IMG/VR virus record: IMGVR_UViG_3300013126_000156
Location: 1 to 30,285 of that record
DNA from: a virus
Taxonomy: Duplodnaviria; Caudoviricetes
Direction: 5' to 3' (one strand)
DNA: 30,285 nucleotides
Part shown: positions 17,101 to 26,878 of the stretch, in pieces
How positions within the stretch are numbered: position 1 is the first letter of the stretch
Layout of the letters: each line of letters opens with the position of its first letter
Notes under the pieces: model-generated
Seen by the model: only the letters and a program-made list of their open reading frames with translations
The model's database searches: none
What the model was told of the DNA's origin: nothing
Program-made: the position numbers and the translations under genes

Positions 17101-19436
17101 GTGGGTCAGGAAATTGGTATACAAATTTCAAGACACCTGAAAGTCACCTAACAAGTTATTCAACATCACCGGTGTTCCACCAACCATATAATTTCATAGT
17201 AAATCAAAGTCAATTCCAAGGTGTAAATACGGATAGATTGTCATATTATTCATCGTTAGACAAGTCCACACTATCCTTTTTTCCGTTTCCTGGAGATCAA
17301 CCTATATCCAATTACGTAAACAATTCTTGGCAAAGTGGTGGATCTGTAAGTGATAACGGAAAGAACAATCAATTTATAAAGTTCTATGGTACTGAATATC
17401 AGGGTGTAATTGAAGGAGGAACCTTTATTGCTGGTTCAGATTCTCAGGGTACCGTCACACAGAATGGAGGTCAATTACCTAACGTTAGATTATATTCTCC
17501 ATGGTATTACCAACCTGGTTTACCAGGACAAACTACGGCGGTACATACAATCACTTTTGACCCCTCTGTTGCGAACGCTAAATTAGTATTAAGATCTGAC
17601 AGATTACCTGCTTCAGATTTGAGTCTTACCACAACACCAAATGGTAAAAACTATTTTATGTTATATCAGAATCCAAGACTTAGTCTTTTTGTTATTGGAA
17701 GTGCTGGTCAATCGAGTTTGTCAATTACAACAGGTGGTTCGTTAGGATTTTTTGAACCTACTTTAGGTGATGGACTTGATAATAACTTGGATAGAGTAAT
17801 TGGTTCATTTGGATGTCAAGGAATGGTACCATTGTCTTGTTACACAACTGATGTTGATGGTAGACTTGAGGTTTTATCTCCATGCCCTACAAATGAAAAT
17901 CCACAATTAGTTGTTGATGGTTGTTATGATGTTGTAAGTCCCGATGTAGAAGGTTCGTATTTGAGAAACATACCTACATTAATTAACAACTATTTAGAAT
18001 GGTTACAAAGGTTCCGTGTGACATTTGGTGCTTGTAGAGGTGTTTTTTCACACGTGTTTGTAAATTCATGGGTTAACGGTACTTTGTTTGCGTTTCCTTT
18101 CAGGAATAGACCGGCATTTAATGCCAATGGTGATTTAGTCACCAGGGTGGTGGTAAATAATGTGGTAAGTTATTCTTATTGTGCGGACTTATTGTATTTT
18201 GATGAGGAATCTAACAATTTTTACTATAGGTCAAGTCCGTATAGCTTGGTTAGTAACAATTTTGTTGGAAAGAGAGCCCCCAATACTACTGGAACCCCTT
18301 TTGGAATTATTGATGGAATCACTCAACCTATATTAAATTCTTATAATTTATTATACCCAACTACTGTAATGGACTTGGGTCCAAAATATTTTTGGACTAA
18401 AGATGTGGTTGTTAGTAAAGATTATTATGGATACACGGCAGACAAATTAAACCCGTCTACATGGAATGACGTTGGGAATATATTCCAAATTTTTGTTATA
18501 TCCAGACTCATCAATTCGAATTTTTGGAACCGTGTTCTGAGTACTGGTAATGCGTCCATCACAGGATTTTTCAGTCGAACATCACAACGAGTTGACGGAG
18601 ATTATGCTCAAATGCTACAAATAAACTCACAATACGGTATCAAACCTTTCAATGAAGGAAATTATATTGATGACCCTGCGATACCAGGTGACAATCCAAT
18701 ATACATTTCTAAAGATATAAATGGTAATCCAATCTTCGGTATATTTTATGACTCATTCCAAAGTGATAGAGATATCATTACCCCGAGAAGGATTGACAGG
18801 AATTTGACTGGTTCAGTTTTACTTGCTGATTATTTGGGAACCAAATCACAAAATGTCCCATTTTATCTATGGAGGAATAATGCTTATACAACATCATTCA
18901 GCCAAGTTTTTGGTGGATGTGTTTGTGAGACTTACACTATAGATAATAGTGCCAACAACGTACCTGATTCATACACTTATCAAGATTGTAATTCAGGTAA
19001 TTTGATTAGTGTATCGATTCCCGCACAACAAACAATTTCGATATGTGCTTGTCAAGGGTCAGTAACAACACAACAGGCTACGGTCACACAAACAGGTTCT
19101 TGTACTCCACCACCCCCACCACCGGCAGATAATTCAATTTTTGGAAACGAGGGGAATACATGGTACACCATTACTAATCAACCAATCTTCTCAACAAAAT
19201 ACCAAGAGTTAGATAGATTGAATATCCCCTACTTTATAGGTATAAATGGTCAGATTGAAAATCGTACGGGATATATTTTCCAAAAAAATTCATTGGGTGA
19301 ATACGAACCAAGAAATTTGGGTGGAAATAATTTGAGAACTCTTTCAGGGGCTCCATGGTATTTCTATTTTGGTTTGAGGTCAGGTGCGAGCGCTATCGAT
19401 AAATTCAGAGAAAAATATTTAGGTGTTGATCAATGA
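14118..19436 (+). CDS. very large baseplate/tail-associated protein (1772 aa) with internal hydrophobic segment
   Basis: Sits after gp25 and gp6. The N-terminal VVVGRVF..GGYGIPNARVSVF resembles a carboxypeptidase-regulatory/prealbumin-like fold. Residues 505-594 are hydrophobic. A Cys-rich module lies near the C-terminus. Confidence 0.6.
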   Translation: MSKSYRLRTQIGVDRQINVQLEQDFEQIEILSLKVRSEDVYTRMCADYGVVVGRVFSNGGYGIPNARVSVFVPITEQDLNNEIIRDLYPYSEIDDVNSDGYRYNLLPYEKSHGGHTPTGTFPSKQDILTNPALIEVYDKYYKYTVKTNGSGDFMIMGVPVGTHTLVMDLDLSDMGPFSMSPQDLIRIGRATSDQVEGAEFQSSTDLSTLPQIVSLSQSIEVFPFWGQPEICQIGIARHDFNLDEVGVSIEPTALFMGSLLSNNPDRAVGLGCRPPTEMGDLCNLTTGSGEIIAIRQTIFQDTNGLPILEQAQLPQAGKVIDEDGTWLLEVPMNLDYVTTNEFGEQILSNDPKVGVPTKGKYRFKVKYGQPNSIEINETRKGYFLVPNIKEYGWITSSQDPAYSTSTNLRNQQNSSYYFGLDWSGYTNGFTTQQQILDRQQEIVDCEDTFYEFIYNKVYTVSGLVDQYFRGLSRGNFIGIKEITDSACASENNRFPATDAVRNFDLLFFIVNVFLTILAPIGLVLIPILNFLAQFWPIAKYVITILLSSWLTYNGVIYTVNAIAAVANPVPQVALGITLGVQAAIWFGVAIFVFIKVFPLFTKFTFKDLKLPMISYPDCEACDCSASDLLLQEIEGNPFTGGNASTNKIGEYTIFTTSGTSPLFPSYNQDTWGVLTGDVNDGLPVGLDPDSYSGNSNKRNQKYLADLTGFRYGLSGMNYVLPSATQLEAEINKLANTPITISYTTDKVYVGPDITLSQSMNLANIRERYFEGKNIIQTTVNNPNNPSQSFTDNVMVLLVPQNNFVPGEILSFNDPDNIIDLNYSSTTLNQFGNYTLTGSSVSGVVNRTVTYIDQNGQTQTASVNLNSTTTESEYLYKTGIEYFQVINQISAVEADTILNLGQDSLIEKYFLRKLQKLYYVDSNGTTRSETFGSFFAIGDSWKEYNFLFLVRGVDVYTEPQNIKYDLNKLFGYNFGVQNSLIFEGPYRMNIPIQPNSGSGNWYTNFKTPESHLTSYSTSPVFHQPYNFIVNQSQFQGVNTDRLSYYSSLDKSTLSFFPFPGDQPISNYVNNSWQSGGSVSDNGKNNQFIKFYGTEYQGVIEGGTFIAGSDSQGTVTQNGGQLPNVRLYSPWYYQPGLPGQTTAVHTITFDPSVANAKLVLRSDRLPASDLSLTTTPNGKNYFMLYQNPRLSLFVIGSAGQSSLSITTGGSLGFFEPTLGDGLDNNLDRVIGSFGCQGMVPLSCYTTDVDGRLEVLSPCPTNENPQLVVDGCYDVVSPDVEGSYLRNIPTLINNYLEWLQRFRVTFGACRGVFSHVFVNSWVNGTLFAFPFRNRPAFNANGDLVTRVVVNNVVSYSYCADLLYFDEESNNFYYRSSPYSLVSNNFVGKRAPNTTGTPFGIIDGITQPILNSYNLLYPTTVMDLGPKYFWTKDVVVSKDYYGYTADKLNPSTWNDVGNIFQIFVISRLINSNFWNRVLSTGNASITGFFSRTSQRVDGDYAQMLQINSQYGIKPFNEGNYIDDPAIPGDNPIYISKDINGNPIFGIFYDSFQSDRDIITPRRIDRNLTGSVLLADYLGTKSQNVPFYLWRNNAYTTSFSQVFGGCVCETYTIDNSANNVPDSYTYQDCNSGNLISVSIPAQQTISICACQGSVTTQQATVTQTGSCTPPPPPPADNSIFGNEGNTWYTITNQPIFSTKYQELDRLNIPYFIGINGQIENRTGYIFQKNSLGEYEPRNLGGNNLRTLSGAPWYFYFGLRSGASAIDKFREKYLGVDQ

Positions 19437-21160
19437 GTCAGAATGAATACATAGTAATAAAACCTGATTTACAATATCAGTCGTCACCTAATAGTGATAT
19501 TAGTATCAATACTGAATTGAACCAAACTCAATCTGAATTGATTGATTATGACAGGACTGTAACGGTAAACTTGGCAACACTTTTCGATGCCGAAAGAAAC
19601 AAATCAACAACTTTCAGACCGATTGTCAAACTCTCATACATTTATGACAATACAATTGTTGGCACAACAAAATACCAACCATATTTGAATGAGTTGTACT
19701 ATGTAAACCCTGAGGCGTCCGTACCATTATTGGGGGGTAATAATTCTTGGAGTGGTTTACCTTCTTACGAGGAGTTCGAATTTATAAGAACCGATGTTAC
19801 AAATCCTCAAATAAATTTTGTTACCAAAAGTGCTTCGAGTTACAATTGGAGTGTTGTTATGTCCTATCCATATGAAAATGATTATTCCTTTCCGATGGAG
19901 TATTATTTTTCTGATGGTAGTTCCCTTTCACCATGGACCTCTGGAGATGGTATTCCGTTTTACATCACGGCGGGTTCGGATAATGGATTACCTATTTTAC
20001 AATTCAACTGTCCTGTAAAACATGGATTGAGGGAATTCGATTATGTGCTTTTATCCTTTGATTATAATGGAACCAACACATTTCAGGTATTCAGTTTGGG
20101 AAATGGTGATTTGGGTTCAGATGAGTATGTATTCAATTTGGTAAATGTGGGATACACTGGAACCACATTCAATACTGGTAATGATGGAACTTTCAAAAGG
20201 ATTGTGGATATAAACAATTCAGGTGAGACCACTTCAATTTACTATGTTAGAAAACATAGGATAATTACAAATCCGAGTGAATCTATCATAACCAGAAATG
20301 GTTTTGAATTAAATCCGTTCGGTGACAAAGCCGCATATCAATTCTCATCACTAACTCCCAATAATGTTTCGAGAATTGCTAAATGGCAGAGTTCAAACAC
20401 TTATAATCTTACATTATCCCGAGATTTGGAAATCATAAATCAATTGGATAATAATAAAAAACCAGTAACTCAAATCTTCGTTACCCTACAAAATTTGGGG
20501 TATTTTGGCTGGTGGAATAAACTCCGCAGAGGTTGGGAATTCAATATGTTACCTGAGCAGACAAATCCGTGGTGGGACTTGACAAATGGTAATGCGGTTG
20601 AAAACAATTTGACCACCTCATATGTGAGAAACATAGATGGATCACCAGTTTGTAATAATCCATTTGATTGTTATAGTTTCAATGTTAATTTGCCAAGAGT
20701 TAGTGGTGACACCATGTACGGAGATTGGTGTGAATGGAATAACATCACCCAAGAAGAAAGGGTAATTTCAAGATATATGAACAAAATTACCTACAATGGT
20801 AAGGCTTTCGATGTATCAGGATCACCCACATCTAACCCAAATGGTTATTACTATCAAGTACACTTCCCTATCAGGTTGAAAGTTTTTTCTGATTATGTTG
20901 AAACCGCTGAGGAAAATTTCGTGGATGGTGTTCCTAGTTATTCATATTTTAGTAATACCCAAAAGTTATGGTATTGGAGGGATATATACCCGTTCGGATT
21001 TGTTGATACAAATGATCAAGGTGTTGATTATCCGTTTTTGAATGAATCTCATTATCCTTTTACCAATATTACTTTCAGATTATACCCTGAGGGTGCGTCA
21101 TTTGACATAACAGAAATTTATTCGGTCATACCTGACCCTATTATCGATGGGTGTGAATAA
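19433..21160 (+). CDS. putative baseplate/tail structural protein (575 aa)
   Basis: ATGA overlap with the upstream gene, beta-rich Asn/Tyr/Ser composition and structural-block context. No family recognised. Confidence 0.55.
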   Translation: MSQNEYIVIKPDLQYQSSPNSDISINTELNQTQSELIDYDRTVTVNLATLFDAERNKSTTFRPIVKLSYIYDNTIVGTTKYQPYLNELYYVNPEASVPLLGGNNSWSGLPSYEEFEFIRTDVTNPQINFVTKSASSYNWSVVMSYPYENDYSFPMEYYFSDGSSLSPWTSGDGIPFYITAGSDNGLPILQFNCPVKHGLREFDYVLLSFDYNGTNTFQVFSLGNGDLGSDEYVFNLVNVGYTGTTFNTGNDGTFKRIVDINNSGETTSIYYVRKHRIITNPSESIITRNGFELNPFGDKAAYQFSSLTPNNVSRIAKWQSSNTYNLTLSRDLEIINQLDNNKKPVTQIFVTLQNLGYFGWWNKLRRGWEFNMLPEQTNPWWDLTNGNAVENNLTTSYVRNIDGSPVCNNPFDCYSFNVNLPRVSGDTMYGDWCEWNNITQEERVISRYMNKITYNGKAFDVSGSPTSNPNGYYYQVHFPIRLKVFSDYVETAEENFVDGVPSYSYFSNTQKLWYWRDIYPFGFVDTNDQGVDYPFLNESHYPFTNITFRLYPEGASFDITEIYSVIPDPIIDGCE

Positions 21161-21932
21161 TATCAGATTGGAAATAAGAAATCAAGGGGGTGCTGATCTG
21201 CAGATCCCTATTGAACAGACATGGGATTTCCAAGGTCAGCAACAAGCTATTGAGACATATGAAGTGAGTATACTCGAAGAGATACTCAATAAAGATGAAG
21301 ATTTTGAAGTTACAAGATTTGAACACAAACAGTATAACAACACTAGGTCATCTTTAAATTATGAATTTTATTTGTGGGATAATGTGATAAACCCTTCGGG
21401 ACAGTATCTTAATTCATACACACCGAAGTTTTCTGTAAACCAAATTTATTATTATGAACCGCCTTTTACCAAATCTTTTTGGAAATTGGATTTATATACA
21501 ACCCCTCTCAATAGAGATCAACAGGCATACATCACAATTGTTTTACCTGTACAACAAGGTTTAACTGAAAATGTGAATTTGAATGGAACAACTTCGGTTT
21601 TAGTAAAAAGACCAAAATACACTTTGGATTACATCGGAGATAAAGAAGGGTTCTTTATTTATTGGTTGAAAAAAAGAGATTTCATCAATGTCGATGAATT
21701 TTTTATGACTGCTAAGTTTTTTGATGCGAGCACAGGACAATTTGTGAAAATGATGAATAGACCACAAAATACTCTGTCGAATCCGAATGATTTTCCACCT
21801 GAGGAATATTTCTATTATAGGGTGAAACTTGATTATCCAACACAAACATATGAAATGTTTGAATATCCGGTCTCAGTTCTCACGGGTACTTTGTCAAACC
21901 CGATAAAATGGTATGAATACGTGAACCCATAA
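21147..21932 (+). CDS. putative structural protein (261 aa)
   Basis: Overlaps the upstream stop (alternative start GTG 21153) and is TAATG-coupled to the next gene. Function from context only. Confidence 0.55.
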   Translation: MGVNNIRLEIRNQGGADLQIPIEQTWDFQGQQQAIETYEVSILEEILNKDEDFEVTRFEHKQYNNTRSSLNYEFYLWDNVINPSGQYLNSYTPKFSVNQIYYYEPPFTKSFWKLDLYTTPLNRDQQAYITIVLPVQQGLTENVNLNGTTSVLVKRPKYTLDYIGDKEGFFIYWLKKRDFINVDEFFMTAKFFDASTGQFVKMMNRPQNTLSNPNDFPPEEYFYYRVKLDYPTQTYEMFEYPVSVLTGTLSNPIKWYEYVNP

Positions 21933-23011
21933 TGGACACTCAAGTAATGAAAGTAAGGGTTTCACCAGGTGACCTGTCAACCATTATACATCAAGTAACC
22001 TATTCAGGGGAAACTTTTGGTGTGTATTCAGGTATGACACAAACCTTGACAGGTGGGCCAAATGGAACTTCATTACTCACAGGTTTGACAATACCAATCT
22101 TATTGGTTGAAAATACCGTCGATATTGGATATTACTCAGTCTTTGATGGTGCTATATTACAAAAAGATGTTGTAAACAATTTTATTTTTTCATCAACAAC
22201 TCAAAATCCATATACTTGGAATGTTTATAATACATCTGATATCGAGTTCAACAACTTCTTACAATTATCCTCATACTCGTTAGATTGGGGAGATGGAAGT
22301 CCCGTTCAGAGTATCAATGTTTTTACTCCTAATTCTTTAGTACATACCTATCCATCGACACCAAGTGAGTATACTATTACTTTGTCACAAAATAACCCTT
22401 GGGGAAATACAAGTGTATCCAAAGTTATAGAAACACCATTTGTAAATGTTCCAAACTTCAATCCACAAGGTACCGCTTATTTTACACCTAATGTGGGTTC
22501 ATGGACAGCAACGCCGATCTCTTACAATTATATCTTTACTGGTGATAGTGAAAATGTTGTAAACGCTCAAACATCAAATAACTACGTTTCTGTTCCTTTC
22601 TTGATTACGGGATTGACATCTTCAAGAATAACCGAATTGGCTCAGTATGGTCCGAATACTTATCAGTTGTTAGTACCCATTCAACGTGAAGGTGTAGATT
22701 ATGGTATCATCACAGAAATTAATTTGTTATACACCGCATACACAATTCAAGATGTAAGTTATGTGGATTATGCAAATGGAACCACAATATATTCGATATA
22801 TTCGTCAGGATTGTCTGCCGATTGGATGGTTGCAGAACCTTTGGTAAAAGATGAATTATTATTGGGTGTATCCGCTCAAGCAGAAATACAATCAAATGTA
22901 TTTATAGAAAGGGGTAAAAACTCTGCTTATGAACGAGTCCAAAGAATTGGGGAAGTTGATAATCTTGGGGACCTCATAAAATATGGATATAGATTTTTTA
23001 ACGTAACCTAA
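21932..23011 (+). CDS. putative structural protein with PKD/Ig-like domain (359 aa)
   Basis: YSLDWGDGS...HTYP...EYTITLSQNNPWG matches the PKD-domain pattern (WDFGDG...HTY...Y.V.L). Confidence 0.6.
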   Translation: MDTQVMKVRVSPGDLSTIIHQVTYSGETFGVYSGMTQTLTGGPNGTSLLTGLTIPILLVENTVDIGYYSVFDGAILQKDVVNNFIFSSTTQNPYTWNVYNTSDIEFNNFLQLSSYSLDWGDGSPVQSINVFTPNSLVHTYPSTPSEYTITLSQNNPWGNTSVSKVIETPFVNVPNFNPQGTAYFTPNVGSWTATPISYNYIFTGDSENVVNAQTSNNYVSVPFLITGLTSSRITELAQYGPNTYQLLVPIQREGVDYGIITEINLLYTAYTIQDVSYVDYANGTTIYSIYSSGLSADWMVAEPLVKDELLLGVSAQAEIQSNVFIERGKNSAYERVQRIGEVDNLGDLIKYGYRFFNVT

Positions 23012-23012
23012 C

Positions 23013-23921
23013 ATGGCAACAGGAACCTATGGAACGATTAGACCGGCAGATGTATCTCCCGAGGACGTTCAAATCATTATGAATTACACACCATCAAGGG
23101 ACGTTACAGACAATTTTGTCTTGACACAACTTGACGCAGCCTCGATTCTAAGACCTTACTTCAATAATAGTCAAACGGGTGGAAATCCCAATGAAATTTT
23201 GGGAGGTTTGTACAATTTGAGATTACCCGCAGATGTATTTACACAACTTGGTATATACACATTATACATCAGACCTGCGGAAATAAGAACAACAATTACT
23301 GACTGTGGGGTATTATCTGCACTTCCGAATGTTAAGGGGATTGTAATAGATTTATCAAACGTACCTAATCAATTTGTGAATAAGTTCGTTGCTCAAGGAT
23401 TGGTTGGTTTTAGAGTAGAATATCTAAATGCTGACGGAAGTAAAATTCCAAACTTTTTTAGAATCATTACTTCTAATTTTTTCTGTGAACCAGTAATTCA
23501 AAATCTTACAAATACGCAACAAAAGGCGGTACGTTATAGATACACAGAAGGTCAAACAAATTTGGTATTCTGTACTCTTTCACCGAGTTCGGCACCAACC
23601 AACAAACCCAATGCGACCCCGTTTATTGGACAACCTGCTCAGAGTATTATATTGTCAAATACATATTTCAATCCACTTACCTTGGAAATCAATCTAAGTC
23701 AATATGACTTGGATACTTTGGGGATTGCTCTTTACGGTAATCAAACTAAGAGTATGGAAGACGGAATTTACACTATTTACGACGAACAGAACAATATTTA
23801 CCAACAGTTCAATCTATATGAAATCAAAGATGACTTCAATAATCTTCTTTACGAAGTTAAGGAAAATCGTGGTGATAATATAGACTTTAGTAAAAACTTC
23901 CAAAATATTACTGAACAATAA
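23013..23921 (+). CDS. putative structural protein (302 aa)
   Basis: Begins 1 nt after the upstream stop. Function from context only. Confidence 0.55.
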   Translation: MATGTYGTIRPADVSPEDVQIIMNYTPSRDVTDNFVLTQLDAASILRPYFNNSQTGGNPNEILGGLYNLRLPADVFTQLGIYTLYIRPAEIRTTITDCGVLSALPNVKGIVIDLSNVPNQFVNKFVAQGLVGFRVEYLNADGSKIPNFFRIITSNFFCEPVIQNLTNTQQKAVRYRYTEGQTNLVFCTLSPSSAPTNKPNATPFIGQPAQSIILSNTYFNPLTLEINLSQYDLDTLGIALYGNQTKSMEDGIYTIYDEQNNIYQQFNLYEIKDDFNNLLYEVKENRGDNIDFSKNFQNITEQ

Positions 23922-23923
23922 TA

Positions 23924-26878
23924 ATGGCTAAAAAGTTTATCCCGAACACTGCGGCATCTGGATCAGGCACTCCATTTGATAATATTGTAGGTCTTCAGAC
24001 TGTACAAGGGGGTGGACTTACGCAAGGTAATTTCGAATTTTCGACAGGATTATCTGAAAAAGTTAATAGAACTTTTAACATCGGGGTTTTCCAAGATCCA
24101 ATTAATTTGGAAAGTCTCGATATTGAGTCAGTAAACGAGGCTAGACTACTATTGGCTAAAGAATATCGTGTTTATCCAAATTATGATTTATCGCAAGTTA
24201 CAAACTTTACTATATTTGGGTCTTTACAAAAAAGGTTAGAAGTATCGGTTCAAAGAATATTAAATTTTTTTCCTGCGGGTTTAGAAATAGATCAAATTTA
24301 TTATGACTACTCAACTGGAGTCACGGCCTATAACATAAGTTATGATTCTATTTCTGATGAAACAGAATTGACAATAAACGTCAGTAGAATTAAGAATCCA
24401 TTTTCAATTGAATATTCCGTAAACTCTGTAATAAATTTACAAAACAGAGAACAGGAATTTTCACCTTTGCGTGACTTGACTAATAGATACCGAGATTATG
24501 CTCTAGTAGTCAGTGGGGTATCTTATAATATTATAGATTTTATACCGTCAAGTAATTTATCCACAGGACAAATAACTTTGATAGTAACCGGAGACGCGTT
24601 CAAGGGTGTGACGTCAACTTTAGATTCTTTGGTTATTAAACCTAACGACTATTGGACAGAGAAATCATTCACCGAAGATTTTGATGAAGTAGAAAAGTTC
24701 TTACTCAATCGATTGGCACTTCCAATCTACACAGCCACTTTTAGTGTCCCGGTTGAGAATAACAATGGCGTAATAACGGTAAGTTCTCGAAGTGTTACTT
24801 GGCAAAAAGATGGTCTTTGGAACCTTGATATTCGAACCCAAGCGTTCTCAGACTATTTAGAACGACTCAACGAAATTGGTGTTGAGTTTGATGCTTTTAA
24901 AACAAATTTAGTTGTCAGATTTTTAGTTACAGAATCTTTATTGGAATTTGATACACCTGATCACAAAGTTGGTAAAGTTTTACAAATTTATGGTCGAAGT
25001 TTTGATCAAATTAAACAATTCATAGATGCCTTGGCATACATGAATTCGGTAAATTATAATCCGGGAAATGATATTCCTTCTATGTTATTGAAAAATTTGG
25101 CTCAAACTTTAGGTTGGAGTACAAACATTTCACCAATAACAGAAGAAAACTTTTTGAGTTCCGTATATTCGAGTACTGGAGTGACTCAATACGCCGGTTT
25201 CTCAAGAGAACTCACACCGTCAGAATTGAATTACCAATTCTATAGAAATTTGATACTCAATTCTGCCTATCTATTCAAATCAAAAGGAACACGAAGAGCG
25301 GTTGAATTTACCTTGAGATTAGTTGGTGCACCAGAAGCACTAATTGAATTTAATGAGCATGTTTATTTGGCCGACCAAAGAATTAACATGAGACAATTCA
25401 ACACACAGTTTGCACAAATAACTGGTGGTACTTATGTTGAAGAATCAACAGTATTTGTTCCTGGCGATGTGTTTACAATTCAGGGTGTTCAATATACTGG
25501 TTTCACCTCACAATCCAACGTGTTTATTGTGGATCAAGTTAGGGAAGACTATCCTGTTGATGACCTTGGATACCCTGAAGCACCAATTGAGACTGATGAT
25601 TATTATTTCGAAAAAGGTGCTGGATGGTTTGAATCGACACCACAACACAGAAGTCCTGAAATTGTTAGCCAAAGTCTTTCAGTATTTACAGGAAGTAGTC
25701 CAAACGTCCAAACGATATTACAACCCTTCACTTACGGTCAGGAATACTTTGATAAGTTCAGACAATTCCCATTTATGAATTTGGGATATAGATTGAAATA
25801 CACTATAGATAACAAAAAAAGTTGGCAACCACCAGTGTTCAGAGTTGCTCGAAATGCTGGATATGAAGCATATTATGTTGCTGCGGATGAAAGATTAGTT
25901 TTGAATGCTAAAAATGTAGAACTGTTTTTGAATCCTGGACAAGGTATTCTATATAATGTTTGGGAGATGTCACGTAATAGTAATTACCCAATTCCTAATT
26001 CGGGTATGACACCATATTTCCCAAGTTTTGGTAGTACAGATTGGTCATTCATTAACCCTCAAGCCAACAAGAAAACATTTTTCGAGTTTGCACAAACGTT
26101 CATAAGTAACACCATAAATGTTAGAGACAGATGGTACTCTACAGATGGTAAAACTTCGGGATATCCGGACCTTTTGAATATTTTTTATAATTACTTACTT
26201 TCTGACCAATTGGTCGGAATACCAAATGATAATTTTACTTATCAAAAACTTATCGAGTATGTACAAGGTATCGGTCCATATTGGATTAGACTTACCCAAC
26301 AAATGATTGCAGCGTCAACTATTTGGAATACAGGTGTAAAATTTGAGAACTCGGCATTACAAAGACAAAAATTTGTTTATAGAAGACAGAGTGGGTGTCA
26401 ATTGATTCCAATTGAGAAAGACCCTTGTTTGGCTACAGGTACTCTTTTTGCTTTTGATTGTACTACTGAAAGTGCCAATTGTTTCATTTATCCTTGGATA
26501 GGTCCATCAAATGGTATTACATCTTTTTCTCAAATTCTATATTCGGTTCTGAATTCTTATTTGAATTCACAAGGTTTGACATTAAGTGAGTGTAATGCCT
26601 CTTCACTGACTTCTGAATGGTTTGTCGATGTTAGGATTGATGGTAATATTATGTTCCAAACACCTTTCTTTACAGGATACGGTACTGGACAAGTTCCAAC
26701 AAATAACCAATGGAAAGCTGCCCTGTTATTAAACCTTTCACAATTGGTAAATGATGGTTACTATTTCTATGTGAATGGAAATGTTGTGACGGTTTACAAT
26801 TTAGCCTGTGCGGAAGATAATATTCCGAGTACTCTACAAATCAATGTCGGGATAAATATTGATATAACTTGTGAGTAA
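23924..26878 (+). CDS. baseplate wedge / tail-fibre attachment protein, P2 gpI / T4 gp7-like (984 aa)
   Basis: IPSMLLKNLAQTLGW followed by AYLFKSKGTRRAVEFTLRLVG resembles the Tail_P2_I pattern (P..LL..LA...; KGT..A/GI..L..LG). Confidence 0.6.
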   Translation: MAKKFIPNTAASGSGTPFDNIVGLQTVQGGGLTQGNFEFSTGLSEKVNRTFNIGVFQDPINLESLDIESVNEARLLLAKEYRVYPNYDLSQVTNFTIFGSLQKRLEVSVQRILNFFPAGLEIDQIYYDYSTGVTAYNISYDSISDETELTINVSRIKNPFSIEYSVNSVINLQNREQEFSPLRDLTNRYRDYALVVSGVSYNIIDFIPSSNLSTGQITLIVTGDAFKGVTSTLDSLVIKPNDYWTEKSFTEDFDEVEKFLLNRLALPIYTATFSVPVENNNGVITVSSRSVTWQKDGLWNLDIRTQAFSDYLERLNEIGVEFDAFKTNLVVRFLVTESLLEFDTPDHKVGKVLQIYGRSFDQIKQFIDALAYMNSVNYNPGNDIPSMLLKNLAQTLGWSTNISPITEENFLSSVYSSTGVTQYAGFSRELTPSELNYQFYRNLILNSAYLFKSKGTRRAVEFTLRLVGAPEALIEFNEHVYLADQRINMRQFNTQFAQITGGTYVEESTVFVPGDVFTIQGVQYTGFTSQSNVFIVDQVREDYPVDDLGYPEAPIETDDYYFEKGAGWFESTPQHRSPEIVSQSLSVFTGSSPNVQTILQPFTYGQEYFDKFRQFPFMNLGYRLKYTIDNKKSWQPPVFRVARNAGYEAYYVAADERLVLNAKNVELFLNPGQGILYNVWEMSRNSNYPIPNSGMTPYFPSFGSTDWSFINPQANKKTFFEFAQTFISNTINVRDRWYSTDGKTSGYPDLLNIFYNYLLSDQLVGIPNDNFTYQKLIEYVQGIGPYWIRLTQQMIAASTIWNTGVKFENSALQRQKFVYRRQSGCQLIPIEKDPCLATGTLFAFDCTTESANCFIYPWIGPSNGITSFSQILYSVLNSYLNSQGLTLSECNASSLTSEWFVDVRIDGNIMFQTPFFTGYGTGQVPTNNQWKAALLLNLSQLVNDGYYFYVNGNVVTVYNLACAEDNIPSTLQINVGINIDITCE

